Virus record (IMG/VR): IMGVR_UViG_3300037631_000496
Location: 1 to 30,265 of that record
DNA: 30,265 nt
Direction: 5' to 3' (one strand)
Source: a virus
Lineage: Duplodnaviria; Caudoviricetes
The translations under genes and the position numbers were made by a program. The notes under the pieces were generated by a model. It searched no databases and had not been told where the DNA came from. It was given only the letters and a program-made list of their open reading frames with translations. This document shows, piece by piece, positions 7,685-14,913 of the stretch (position 1 is its first letter; the number at the start of each line of letters is the position of its first letter).

Positions 7685-8015
7685 TTCTTTTTGCTTTAGC
7701 TATTTTGTTAGTGTCTATTAACTGTGGAACTCCTAACATAGTTTTAATCATAGTGTCTTGTCTGATAATTTCATTATCTAGTGATCTAACTCTATCTATC
7801 AATGCTACTAAAATACCATGTTGTGTGTCTAGTTTTGTGCCTAGTCTTTCTTCCATGGCTGTGAGTGATGTATTAACTTTTTCATCTACAGTATCTAATT
7901 TAGTTTCCATACCATCTATGATTCTGTTAATTAGTTTCCAAACAAACATACCTAGACCTATGGCCGCAGCTATAGGAAAACCTAATTCGGTTATCAAGGT
8001 AACGATGTCGTTCAT
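7665..8015 (-). CDS. Single-TM coiled-coil membrane protein (YvrJ/holin-like GFPI motif)
   Basis: ELGFPIAAAIGLGMFVW TM segment, coiled coil and basic tail; overlaps the csgF start. Confidence 0.7.
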   Translation of the reverse strand: MNDIVTLITELGFPIAAAIGLGMFVWKLINRIIDGMETKLDTVDEKVNTSLTAMEERLGTKLDTQHGILVALIDRVRSLDNEIIRQDTMIKTMLGVPQLIDTNKIAKAKRNDKRKD

Positions 8016-8095
8016 TTAGATTGTGTTAGTTTATCTTCTGTTTTTTGGAATGATCGTTCTAAAAATTTATCTATAAGGTAACTTATAAACTTCAC
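8012..8095 (-). CDS. 27-aa micro-protein MKFISYLIDKFLERSFQKTEDKLTQSK
   Basis: The GTG start overlaps the upstream stop (GTGA) and its stop overlaps the downstream ATG (ATGA). Confidence 0.55.
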   Translation of the reverse strand: MKFISYLIDKFLERSFQKTEDKLTQSK

Positions 8096-8241
8096 TTTCT
8101 TTTCTTAGCTGTTTTCTTTGCTTTCTTAAAAGCCTTAGCTGTAGGTGCGCCTTTAGTTCCAGGCTTTCTCATCTTCTCATTAGAACCAGCTTTAATTCTT
8201 TTTCTTTTAGCGTGTATATTTGCGTATAGTCCTCTTGGCAT
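8092..8241 (-). CDS. 49-aa highly basic micro-protein (MPRGLYANIHAKRKRIKAGS...)
   Basis: AGGAG RBS, clean ORF, Lys/Arg-rich; resembles small basic proteins common in marine phages. Confidence 0.8.
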   Translation of the reverse strand: MPRGLYANIHAKRKRIKAGSNEKMRKPGTKGAPTAKAFKKAKKTAKKRK

Positions 8242-8250
8242 ATTATCTCC

Positions 8251-8508
8251 TTATTTTCTTCTTGATTTAGCTCCAGAACATTTCCATCTTTTTCTTGATA
8301 GGTTGTTAGGAGTGTTGGGGTTGTTTTGTTTTTTCTTAGATAATCTTTTCTTTATACCTAGACTTCTAGCGCAATATGAATCGCCTTTAGATGTTCCTGG
8401 CTTAACCCTTGGTCCACCGCCTTTAGCTTTGCCTGCTTGTCCGTAACTTACTTTTTTACCAGACTTGGTAATCTTTACTTTTGCTTTGCCTTTTCTTGGT
8501 GCTACCAT
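8251..8508 (-). CDS. Basic hypothetical phage protein (VSYGQAG...SYCARS...W.C)
   Basis: 85-aa Lys/Gly-rich ORF, TAATG-coupled to the upstream ORF. Confidence 0.8.
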   Translation of the reverse strand: MVAPRKGKAKVKITKSGKKVSYGQAGKAKGGGPRVKPGTSKGDSYCARSLGIKKRLSKKKQNNPNTPNNLSRKRWKCSGAKSRRK

Positions 8509-8669
8509 TATTTCTTCTTCCTAGGTCTGCCTCTTTTTTTAATGATTGGTTTAGGTTCTAGTAAGTTATCTAACCAACCTGCAACTTTGTTATAGGCATA
8601 TTTAATCCAGCCTACAATCTTTAGGGTGATCTTTTTAATCCATTCCCATGCTATTTTTAAGTATTTCAT
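8508..8669 (-). CDS. 53-aa amphipathic-helix plus AT-hook micro-protein
   Basis: MKYLKIAWEWIKKITLKIVGWIKYAYNKVAGWLDNLLEPKPIIKKRGRPRKKK; TAATG overlaps at both ends. Confidence 0.75.
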   Translation of the reverse strand: MKYLKIAWEWIKKITLKIVGWIKYAYNKVAGWLDNLLEPKPIIKKRGRPRKKK

Positions 8670-8845
8670 TAATGTACCATCCTTTCTTCGTAATAAATTA
8701 TTTCAGAATCTTGTGTTACTTGTCCACCTGACATTACAGACATAATCTGCATTGCGTGATTTCTGTCCTTCGCTCTAATTTCTTTACCAACATAAACCAT
8801 GTCATCCACAATTACTTCAATATCAAATATTTTGTGGTGGGACAT
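8669..8845 (-). CDS. Hypothetical protein (58 aa; ORF track extends start to 8881)
   Basis: MSHHKIFDIEVIVDD...; overlaps the portal 3' end and is coupled to the next gene. Confidence 0.6.
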   Translation of the reverse strand: MSHHKIFDIEVIVDDMVYVGKEIRAKDRNHAMQIMSVMSGGQVTQDSEIIYYEERMVH

Positions 8846-10976
8846 TGTTTGTAAATAATCCTTGAGCTTGAGCTTTTGCATTTTGTCTTATTCCTTCTCT
8901 GTCTCTTTCCATTACTGCGTTGATTTCTGCGATATTAATTTGTGCGCCGTACTTAGCTTGTAGCTCTAGCGCTTTGACTCTAAGTTGTGCCTCTTCAATA
9001 TCTCTTTGTCTGTCGTCATCCATGATGATTTTCATTCTATCGGTTTCAGCATCGATCATTGCCTTTTGTGCGCTGACCTGTGCCTTCATTGCTTCAGCTT
9101 GTGCAAGCATTTCAGCTGCATCTGGCTTTTGTTGCTCAGGCGCTTGCGGAGGCATCGGCGGAACTTCTGTATTGATAAAGCTTTGCGCGTCTTGGAAACC
9201 AGCCATCTCTATCATTCTAGTCAAAGTATTAGCGTATTGTTGCATTGACACTAGAGGATTCTGTGGTCCTAGCGTTGCCATGATTTGTTCTTGTTTTTGC
9301 GATAATTGTGCTAACACTTGGAACTTTTCTTCGTCAGATGACTTAGATATAGCTACATTTACCACTAAATCCTTGTCATTATCCCAATATCTTGGGTCTA
9401 CAGGGATAAATTTACCATTCAATCTAAACACATCTTGCGCGTTTTGGTGCTTGATTACCAAGCTATTTACTGTTTTAAACATGGTTTTTAAGCCACCTTC
9501 AGCAAAATGTCTGCAAATAAGTTCTACTCTACCTTGTGCGCCACTCATAGTAGCTGATACAGCTGTTGAGGTGCTGGATTGTAGAGCGTCTGCGTTTAAG
9601 CCAGCTGATGCTTTGGATACGCCAGTTCTGTTTTCTTTAGCTTCGTCCAAATATCCTAGTACTGGGAACGCTTCTTTACCCACAAACGGCACAGCAAATG
9701 GTTGTACCATTCCTGGCGCACGCATCCTAATAGGTTGCCCTATGTCGGTGTTTAGTACATCGTCTATATTTACTTGTCCTTCAACAATACCCATGCGTGG
9801 GAAGATTGAATGACCGAGTGAATCTAAAGTGTCACGCATAATTTGTGACTTAGCTGATTGTATTGGTTTAAGATAATCAGCAGGACATGAACCTATAGCT
9901 GTGTGCGGTTCTGGATCAGGGCAGAACATACATATTGGTAGCTCATCCCATTGCTCTACGTTTAATATTTCTAAGCCGTTGCCTGCGGTGCAAACTCTGA
10001 TACGTTCATCAATACCATCGCCATCAAAGTCATAAAACAAGTAATGTTCTATGTATAACACATCTTTACCGCCAGCATCGTTTCTATCTGGGTAGACCAT
10101 ATTGTCAAATGGGTTTCTAGCTTCTTGTTCTTCGTAGCTTTCAGGATCTAACGCACTACCGCCGTAGCCTGCGTATTGTTCTATTTCTTCTTGATCGTAA
10201 CCCATTGCCACTAAATCAGATACAGATTTAATCATGCGGTGCGCAACGTAAGATGCAGATTCTATATCGCGTGCGTGTCTTGATATTAAAACTTCTTCAG
10301 GCGGTATAGATTCTATGCAAACTTGGTCTTTTGGTTTTAATCTTCTAATGGTTAGGTCGTAACTAGCAGGCACTTCTTGGGTGACTTCTTGTTGGCTGAT
10401 AGGATCAAAAGTTATTATCGTCTCGTTGGTTACTGACTCTTTTACTATCTCAACATTTTTATCTAGTATTAACGCTTGGTAGGATTGCGGATCTAAGTTA
10501 GTGTATTCGTGCGTGGTAGCAGTTACTGAATCATCCCAAAACACTTTGACAAAACCAGTCTTTCTAACAAGTGCATCTTTGAATACATCATACAGCACTT
10601 GGAAGCCTGGGTTCTTTTGCTGAATAATATAATTAATATAATCAGTTTGCTGTTCGGCTAGTTGGATATCTTCTGGTCCTTTGGGTACAAACTCAACAAT
10701 CTTCTTAGTACCAAAGAAAGTACGCATGATAGACGGCAACATAAATAAAATGCTTTCTCTAACATCTGTAGATACAAATTCTGACTGTAGTGAGCTAGTG
10801 CCTTCTGGCTCGTTACCAAGATAGTATTCTGTGGATTCAGCTCTTTCCGCGCCGACTTGGTGTATAAAATCTTTAGCGTCATCCATCTCGGATTTAATCA
10901 CGCCGACTAAATCAATAGACTTACTTTCTTCTTCTGAGATAGCCTTGATTTCTTCTTCTTTGTATTGCTTTGCCAT
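8823..10976 (-). CDS. Portal protein (P22-like)
   Basis: 717 aa directly after terL. It has EYYLG, FKDALVRKTGFVKVFWD and ENRTGVS motifs and a long Q/A-rich C-terminal helical barrel. Confidence 0.9.
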   Translation of the reverse strand: MAKQYKEEEIKAISEEESKSIDLVGVIKSEMDDAKDFIHQVGAERAESTEYYLGNEPEGTSSLQSEFVSTDVRESILFMLPSIMRTFFGTKKIVEFVPKGPEDIQLAEQQTDYINYIIQQKNPGFQVLYDVFKDALVRKTGFVKVFWDDSVTATTHEYTNLDPQSYQALILDKNVEIVKESVTNETIITFDPISQQEVTQEVPASYDLTIRRLKPKDQVCIESIPPEEVLISRHARDIESASYVAHRMIKSVSDLVAMGYDQEEIEQYAGYGGSALDPESYEEQEARNPFDNMVYPDRNDAGGKDVLYIEHYLFYDFDGDGIDERIRVCTAGNGLEILNVEQWDELPICMFCPDPEPHTAIGSCPADYLKPIQSAKSQIMRDTLDSLGHSIFPRMGIVEGQVNIDDVLNTDIGQPIRMRAPGMVQPFAVPFVGKEAFPVLGYLDEAKENRTGVSKASAGLNADALQSSTSTAVSATMSGAQGRVELICRHFAEGGLKTMFKTVNSLVIKHQNAQDVFRLNGKFIPVDPRYWDNDKDLVVNVAISKSSDEEKFQVLAQLSQKQEQIMATLGPQNPLVSMQQYANTLTRMIEMAGFQDAQSFINTEVPPMPPQAPEQQKPDAAEMLAQAEAMKAQVSAQKAMIDAETDRMKIIMDDDRQRDIEEAQLRVKALELQAKYGAQINIAEINAVMERDREGIRQNAKAQAQGLFTNNVPPQNI

Positions 10977-10979
10977 AAA

Positions 10980-12512
10980 TTACCCTACTCTGATTATTCT
11001 AGATTTTAGTGGTTGTCTGAAATTATAACCTAAAAAGCTAGTGCTTCCACCAAAACTTGCAGCAGAGGATGCCATAGTCAAAGCAAGTGCATCTGCTTTG
11101 TCTGGTGATTTAATCCCGCGCTTGCGCATTTCGTCTTTTGATTCTATCTTTATTTTGCCAGTAGAGGTATATTTATACAATGGCGCAGCCAATTCAGCGA
11201 CAAGATCATCATCACTAGGCAGCCTGCAATCACGCTGCGCCAGCCAATCCTTAATAGCAAACCATAACTCTGCGCGTAAGTTTAAATAATTCTTTTTAGT
11301 CGCGGGAGCTTCAGCAACATTAATCCCGCGTACTGGTAAATTTTGTTCTGCAAGCCTGTCCACCACGCCTGCGCCCAAGCCGATTACATCTACCAATATT
11401 TCTTGTGGTTTTTCTATCGCGGTGCATTCATCGTACATATTTTTAATCACACCGCATAACTGCATTAGATCCATAGACTTAAATGACTTGATACTCATCA
11501 CATGATTACCTTGTCTAACGCATAGCGCGGAGTTGTCACCGCCGAAGCGTGCAACATCTAATCCCCATATAATCGGCGCGTTAGCTGTAAGTGATACATC
11601 CCTATCAATAGCAGCTTTGACTAAGCTCATTGGTATTACAGTATCGTCATCAGCGGATGGAAACTCGCCCATCACCTCCACGCGCGCGACTGTGGAATCT
11701 TCGCCGTACTGCTCAATCATCGTTTGAAAGAGCTTTTGGTCTGTGCCTTCTACAGTGCGCGAGTCTATTTGTTCGTTTTTCCAAAAGGATTGTTTAGAGT
11801 TAAAGCTATCGTAGAATGGCCCTGTGTTTCGGCGCGGGTTGGAAAAAGTAAACCAGTACCTATCGCGCGTGGGTTCGGAGAAGAACCCTTCGCTGACGGA
11901 GTAGATGGGCGCGGGAATACCCGATGCTTCATCCATAATCAAACATACGCCGTATGATGAGTGGATACCTGCAAACGCATCTGGGTTTTCCTCGCTCCAT
12001 AACTGCGCTTGCGCGTAGTAATAACCAGTATCTATCTTGAGGTCATTAATTAGCGCATCTTCAAACCATTGTGCGGGTTTTATCGTGGTAGCTGTTTTGG
12101 TGAACCAATGTGAGTTGATAGCGAGCGTGAGCCATTTACCTAGCTCCGCCCATGTTCTTGATCTGAGCTGTTGTTCGGTGTTAGCGGTAACAATAATGGT
12201 TGACCCCAGGCGCGTGGAGAGCATCCATAGAATGATCCATGCGACTAGTGCAGATTTACCAATACCACGACCAGAGGCTACGGCTAGTCTAAACATCTCT
12301 GGTAAATCTAATACATTGTTTCGCTCAATGTGTATTGCCATTTCTCGCAAAATTTTTTCTTGCCACTTTCTTGGTCCTTTAAACTCTTCAAGGGGGGTGT
12401 CTTTCTGTCCCCATGGGAATACATACTTAACAAAGTTTACTGGGTTGTCTTTGATTGGTCCTGACCATAGTTCGGTCATCAATTCCTTTTCTAGTTTTAC
12501 GCCGTATTTCAT
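10980..12512 (-). CDS. terL: Terminase large subunit
   Basis: Walker A SGRGIGKS, Walker B LIMDEA, FSNP motif, and RNase H-like nuclease motifs GLDVARFGGD and SPDKADALAL. Confidence 0.95.
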   Translation of the reverse strand: MKYGVKLEKELMTELWSGPIKDNPVNFVKYVFPWGQKDTPLEEFKGPRKWQEKILREMAIHIERNNVLDLPEMFRLAVASGRGIGKSALVAWIILWMLSTRLGSTIIVTANTEQQLRSRTWAELGKWLTLAINSHWFTKTATTIKPAQWFEDALINDLKIDTGYYYAQAQLWSEENPDAFAGIHSSYGVCLIMDEASGIPAPIYSVSEGFFSEPTRDRYWFTFSNPRRNTGPFYDSFNSKQSFWKNEQIDSRTVEGTDQKLFQTMIEQYGEDSTVARVEVMGEFPSADDDTVIPMSLVKAAIDRDVSLTANAPIIWGLDVARFGGDNSALCVRQGNHVMSIKSFKSMDLMQLCGVIKNMYDECTAIEKPQEILVDVIGLGAGVVDRLAEQNLPVRGINVAEAPATKKNYLNLRAELWFAIKDWLAQRDCRLPSDDDLVAELAAPLYKYTSTGKIKIESKDEMRKRGIKSPDKADALALTMASSAASFGGSTSFLGYNFRQPLKSRIIRVG

Positions 12513-12663
12513 ATTAAAAAAAAATTAAAAAATTTTAGTTGAGTAGTTCCATTTTTTTCCCCCCCGCAATACAAACGAAGGGGGGGTCAAATGCGAATTA
12601 TCGAGAGCTTGCATTAGTTAAAAAGGGAGCTTTAAAAAACTAAGCCCGCATCTAACCCCTTTG

Positions 12664-13110
12664 TTATTCATCCACACCCTCGCTAGCGCTCGCTGTTGGC
12701 GCTTGCGTGCGCTTGGGTAGCGAGGTCGGGCGATGGTCTATGATCCTAGAGCGCGCGCTGGTGAGAACATTCTTAAGATCTAAATTGTAATTTACTTCCT
12801 GGCGGTCCGCCCAGTTATCTGGGTCGCGGTTTTTGAGAAAGAAAATGGCTGAAGTTTCTTTGCCATCCATCGCGTTTTCAAAAACTTTATTTGCTACCAG
12901 TTGCACCGCTTTGTATCTTCCTTTTTTTATAGCGTGCGCGAATTGCTCATTACGTTTCTTTTCTCTGGTAATTGTTGAGATGTTTACATTAAGTAAAGTA
13001 GCTATTTGGCTTTCATTTAAGCCATCTCCAGCCCATGCGCTAATCTGTTTATAGTCTTCTTCTGTAAGACTTGCTAACTTTCTTTTTCTACCTGGTTTTC
13101 CCTTTTCCAT
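12664..13110 (-). CDS. terS: Terminase small subunit
   Basis: N-terminal HTH (GLNESQIATLLNVNISTI) and AIFFLKNRDPDNW motif; upstream of terL. Confidence 0.8.
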   Translation of the reverse strand: MEKGKPGRKRKLASLTEEDYKQISAWAGDGLNESQIATLLNVNISTITREKKRNEQFAHAIKKGRYKAVQLVANKVFENAMDGKETSAIFFLKNRDPDNWADRQEVNYNLDLKNVLTSARSRIIDHRPTSLPKRTQAPTASASEGVDE

Positions 13111-13173
13111 GCTTTATTTTAGGTTATTTTGCACATTTTAGGTAATAAATTGCACATTTTTACATATATATTG

Positions 13174-13201
13174 TTGCATATTGGGTGAATATATGCATAA
13201 T
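13174..13201 (+). promoter_or_regulatory. Putative sigma70-type promoter for the early small-gene cluster
   Basis: TTGCAT-N16-CATAAT in the AT-rich divergent gap, followed by a hairpin and a GGAGA RBS. Confidence 0.45.
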
Positions 13202-13247
13202 GAGTATTGTAAGGTAATTAAATCTTACATACTTTGGAGAAGTAATT

Positions 13248-13340
13248 ATGAAAAACTTAATTAATAAACTACTAAATAGAACTACCAAACAAAAAGCTTG
13301 GCATGGTTCATATCTAATAAACCATTTCTTAAAAAACTAA
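13248..13340 (+). CDS. 30-aa hypothetical (MKNLINKLLNRTTKQKAWHGSYLINHFLKN)
   Basis: GGAGAAG RBS; first ORF of a packed plus-strand chain. Confidence 0.6.
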   Translation: MKNLINKLLNRTTKQKAWHGSYLINHFLKN

Positions 13341-13341
13341 A

Positions 13342-13449
13342 ATGGATCAAGTAATAACAATAATATTATTAGCCTTGTTCATGGCCTTTTGTATACACGG
13401 CGCATATTTAATAATTAAAGATAAGGAGAAAAACAACCATGAAGATTGA
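13342..13449 (+). CDS. 35-aa single-TM micro-protein
   Basis: MDQVITIILLALFMAFCIHGAYLIIKDKEKNNHED; starts 1 nt after the previous stop. Confidence 0.55.
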   Translation: MDQVITIILLALFMAFCIHGAYLIIKDKEKNNHED

Positions 13450-13534
13450 TAGGCGCAAGATCCCGCAACACTTAAGACATTTAACCAATAAACAATTAGA
13501 TTTGTTAATACAACTATTTAAGGCAAGACTATGA
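13439..13534 (+). CDS. 31-aa hypothetical (MKIDRRKIPQHLRHLTNKQLDLLIQLFKARL)
   Basis: TAAGGAG RBS; ATGA overlap with the next ORF. Confidence 0.65.
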   Translation: MKIDRRKIPQHLRHLTNKQLDLLIQLFKARL

Positions 13535-13713
13535 CATTTGACCAGGCACTAGCAAAATACAGGGCGCACATGGTAGACAATGGAATAACTGGCGATTATG
13601 CCTACATTTCAGAAGATGCCTCTAAAACGGACGGACAGGGCGCGTGGTTACTTATTGATACAGATAAGGATAAGATAGCCTATGTAGACAAACATGGCGT
13701 TACAAGGCTTTAG
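13531..13713 (+). CDS. Hypothetical protein (60 aa)
   Basis: ORF track; translationally coupled within the chain. Confidence 0.7.
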   Translation: MTFDQALAKYRAHMVDNGITGDYAYISEDASKTDGQGAWLLIDTDKDKIAYVDKHGVTRL

Positions 13714-13715
13714 AA

Positions 13716-13877
13716 ATGACCAGAGAGGAATTATTAAGAGATATACGGCAAAAATACGGCTTAAACCAGAACAAAGGGTGGAAAAGTAGACTTACCCTGG
13801 AAAAAATACTCAAGATCGTTTCTAAAGATGACCGCGAGAAAATAATGAAAGCATATAACCTAAACCAAAAGGATTAA
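13716..13877 (+). CDS. 53-aa hypothetical (MTREELLRDIRQKYGL...)
   Basis: Fills the gap between 13713 and 13879 almost exactly. Confidence 0.65.
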   Translation: MTREELLRDIRQKYGLNQNKGWKSRLTLEKILKIVSKDDREKIMKAYNLNQKD

Positions 13878-13878
13878 C

Positions 13879-14064
13879 ATGAGCGTAATACACAACGAGC
13901 AACAACTAGAAAATATATACGATGAAGTTGTTGAAATGGATAACAAAGGATTATTAGAAATAGAAATAACAGATATAGCAATTAACCAAGGCTTACATCA
14001 AGATGATGACCGCGATGAAATATTACAGTTAATAGCTGAATCAATTGTAAACGACCAGGAGTAA
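13879..14064 (+). CDS. Strongly acidic 61-aa protein
   Basis: AAGGA RBS; D/E-rich with very few basic residues. Confidence 0.7.
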   Translation: MSVIHNEQQLENIYDEVVEMDNKGLLEIEITDIAINQGLHQDDDRDEILQLIAESIVNDQE

Positions 14065-14066
14065 CC

Positions 14067-14192
14067 ATGACAGGAAAAGGCTCACGCCCTCGCCCAATAC
14101 CAGACCGCAAAAAATACGAAGCGGAATTTGATCGTATATTCGGCAAGCGCGCAAAGAAAAAAACAACCAAAGAGAAAAAAGACAAGAAATGA
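14067..14192 (+). CDS. 41-aa basic micro-protein (MTGKGSRPRPIPDRKKYEAEFDRIFGK...)
   Basis: AGGAG RBS; the GKGS.PRP...DRIF pattern is familiar from small phage proteins. Confidence 0.7.
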   Translation: MTGKGSRPRPIPDRKKYEAEFDRIFGKRAKKKTTKEKKDKK

Positions 14193-14300
14193 TACAATAA
14201 GTTTGAACTAGTGAGAGTTCTATTATCTTCTCCAAAGATAAAAGCTCCCCCTGTATAGCTCTCGCTAGTTCCTTGCGCTCCCGCCCACGCGCCGAACCAA

Positions 14301-14732
14301 TCAAAGCAAATCCACTAACCCCACCAACAAAAAATGCTTCTTCCCACCAGGTTGAGACTTCCGCAAGCGCTTCTGCTCACCCTCTAGCACACACCAAAGC
14401 ACCTCTTTTTCAATCAACTCAGTCATAGCGCGCCCTGATGTTTTCCTATTCACCCCAGTCATCTTTGCATAATAACTAATCGCATCATGCGATGACCATG
14501 TTTCATACCGCCACCGCTCGCACACCGCCCACATAATCAGCTTCGCACTGACTGACAAATCCGTTCTCCCGCACTCGCGCCTAAACCATGCCCACACCAC
14601 CCCGCGCACTCGCGAGAAGTCACCATCCTTCCGCGCAAGCGCTAAAGGTATAAATACTCCCGCTCTATCGCTTGGGTTTTCATGCGTGGTGATCCACCAA
14701 TGATTCTTGTCTATCGTTTTAAATCTTTTCAT
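14301..14732 (-). CDS. Winged-helix HTH protein, likely replication initiator/origin binder
   Basis: LSVSAKLIMWAV...ISYYAKMTGVNRKTSGRAMTELIEKEVL is a wHTH pattern; adjacent to the iterons. Confidence 0.7.
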   Translation of the reverse strand: MKRFKTIDKNHWWITTHENPSDRAGVFIPLALARKDGDFSRVRGVVWAWFRRECGRTDLSVSAKLIMWAVCERWRYETWSSHDAISYYAKMTGVNRKTSGRAMTELIEKEVLWCVLEGEQKRLRKSQPGGKKHFLLVGLVDLL

Positions 14733-14767
14733 CTTCTTTGCTTCTCTCTACCTTCGTTTCTTTTCAT

Positions 14768-14913
14768 GGAAGCTGAACCCCCTCAAGGGGTTCGCTTCCT
14801 ATATCATATGACTATGATATGGATATATGGGAGTGTCTTACTCAAGTTATGTCCCTATCTTACCCAAGGTATGTCCCTAACACTCCCATAGTATGTCCCT
14901 AACACTCCCTATG
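14768..14913. other. Putative replication origin: GC hairpin, AT palindrome and 11/22-bp iterons
   Basis: Inverted repeats at 14768-14799 and 14801-14820; TATGTCCCTA at 14848, 14870 and 14892; TATGGGAGTGT (14826) is the inverse of ACACTCCCATA (14880). Confidence 0.7.

Noticed and set aside
8920-9813. 297-aa plus-strand ORF
   Set aside because: It lies entirely antisense to the portal gene, with no RBS or recognisable motifs.
14041-14304. 87-aa minus-strand ORF
   Set aside because: It has a TTG start and overlaps better supported plus-strand ORFs with AGGAG RBS; its hydrophobic stretch is the antisense of a Lys run.
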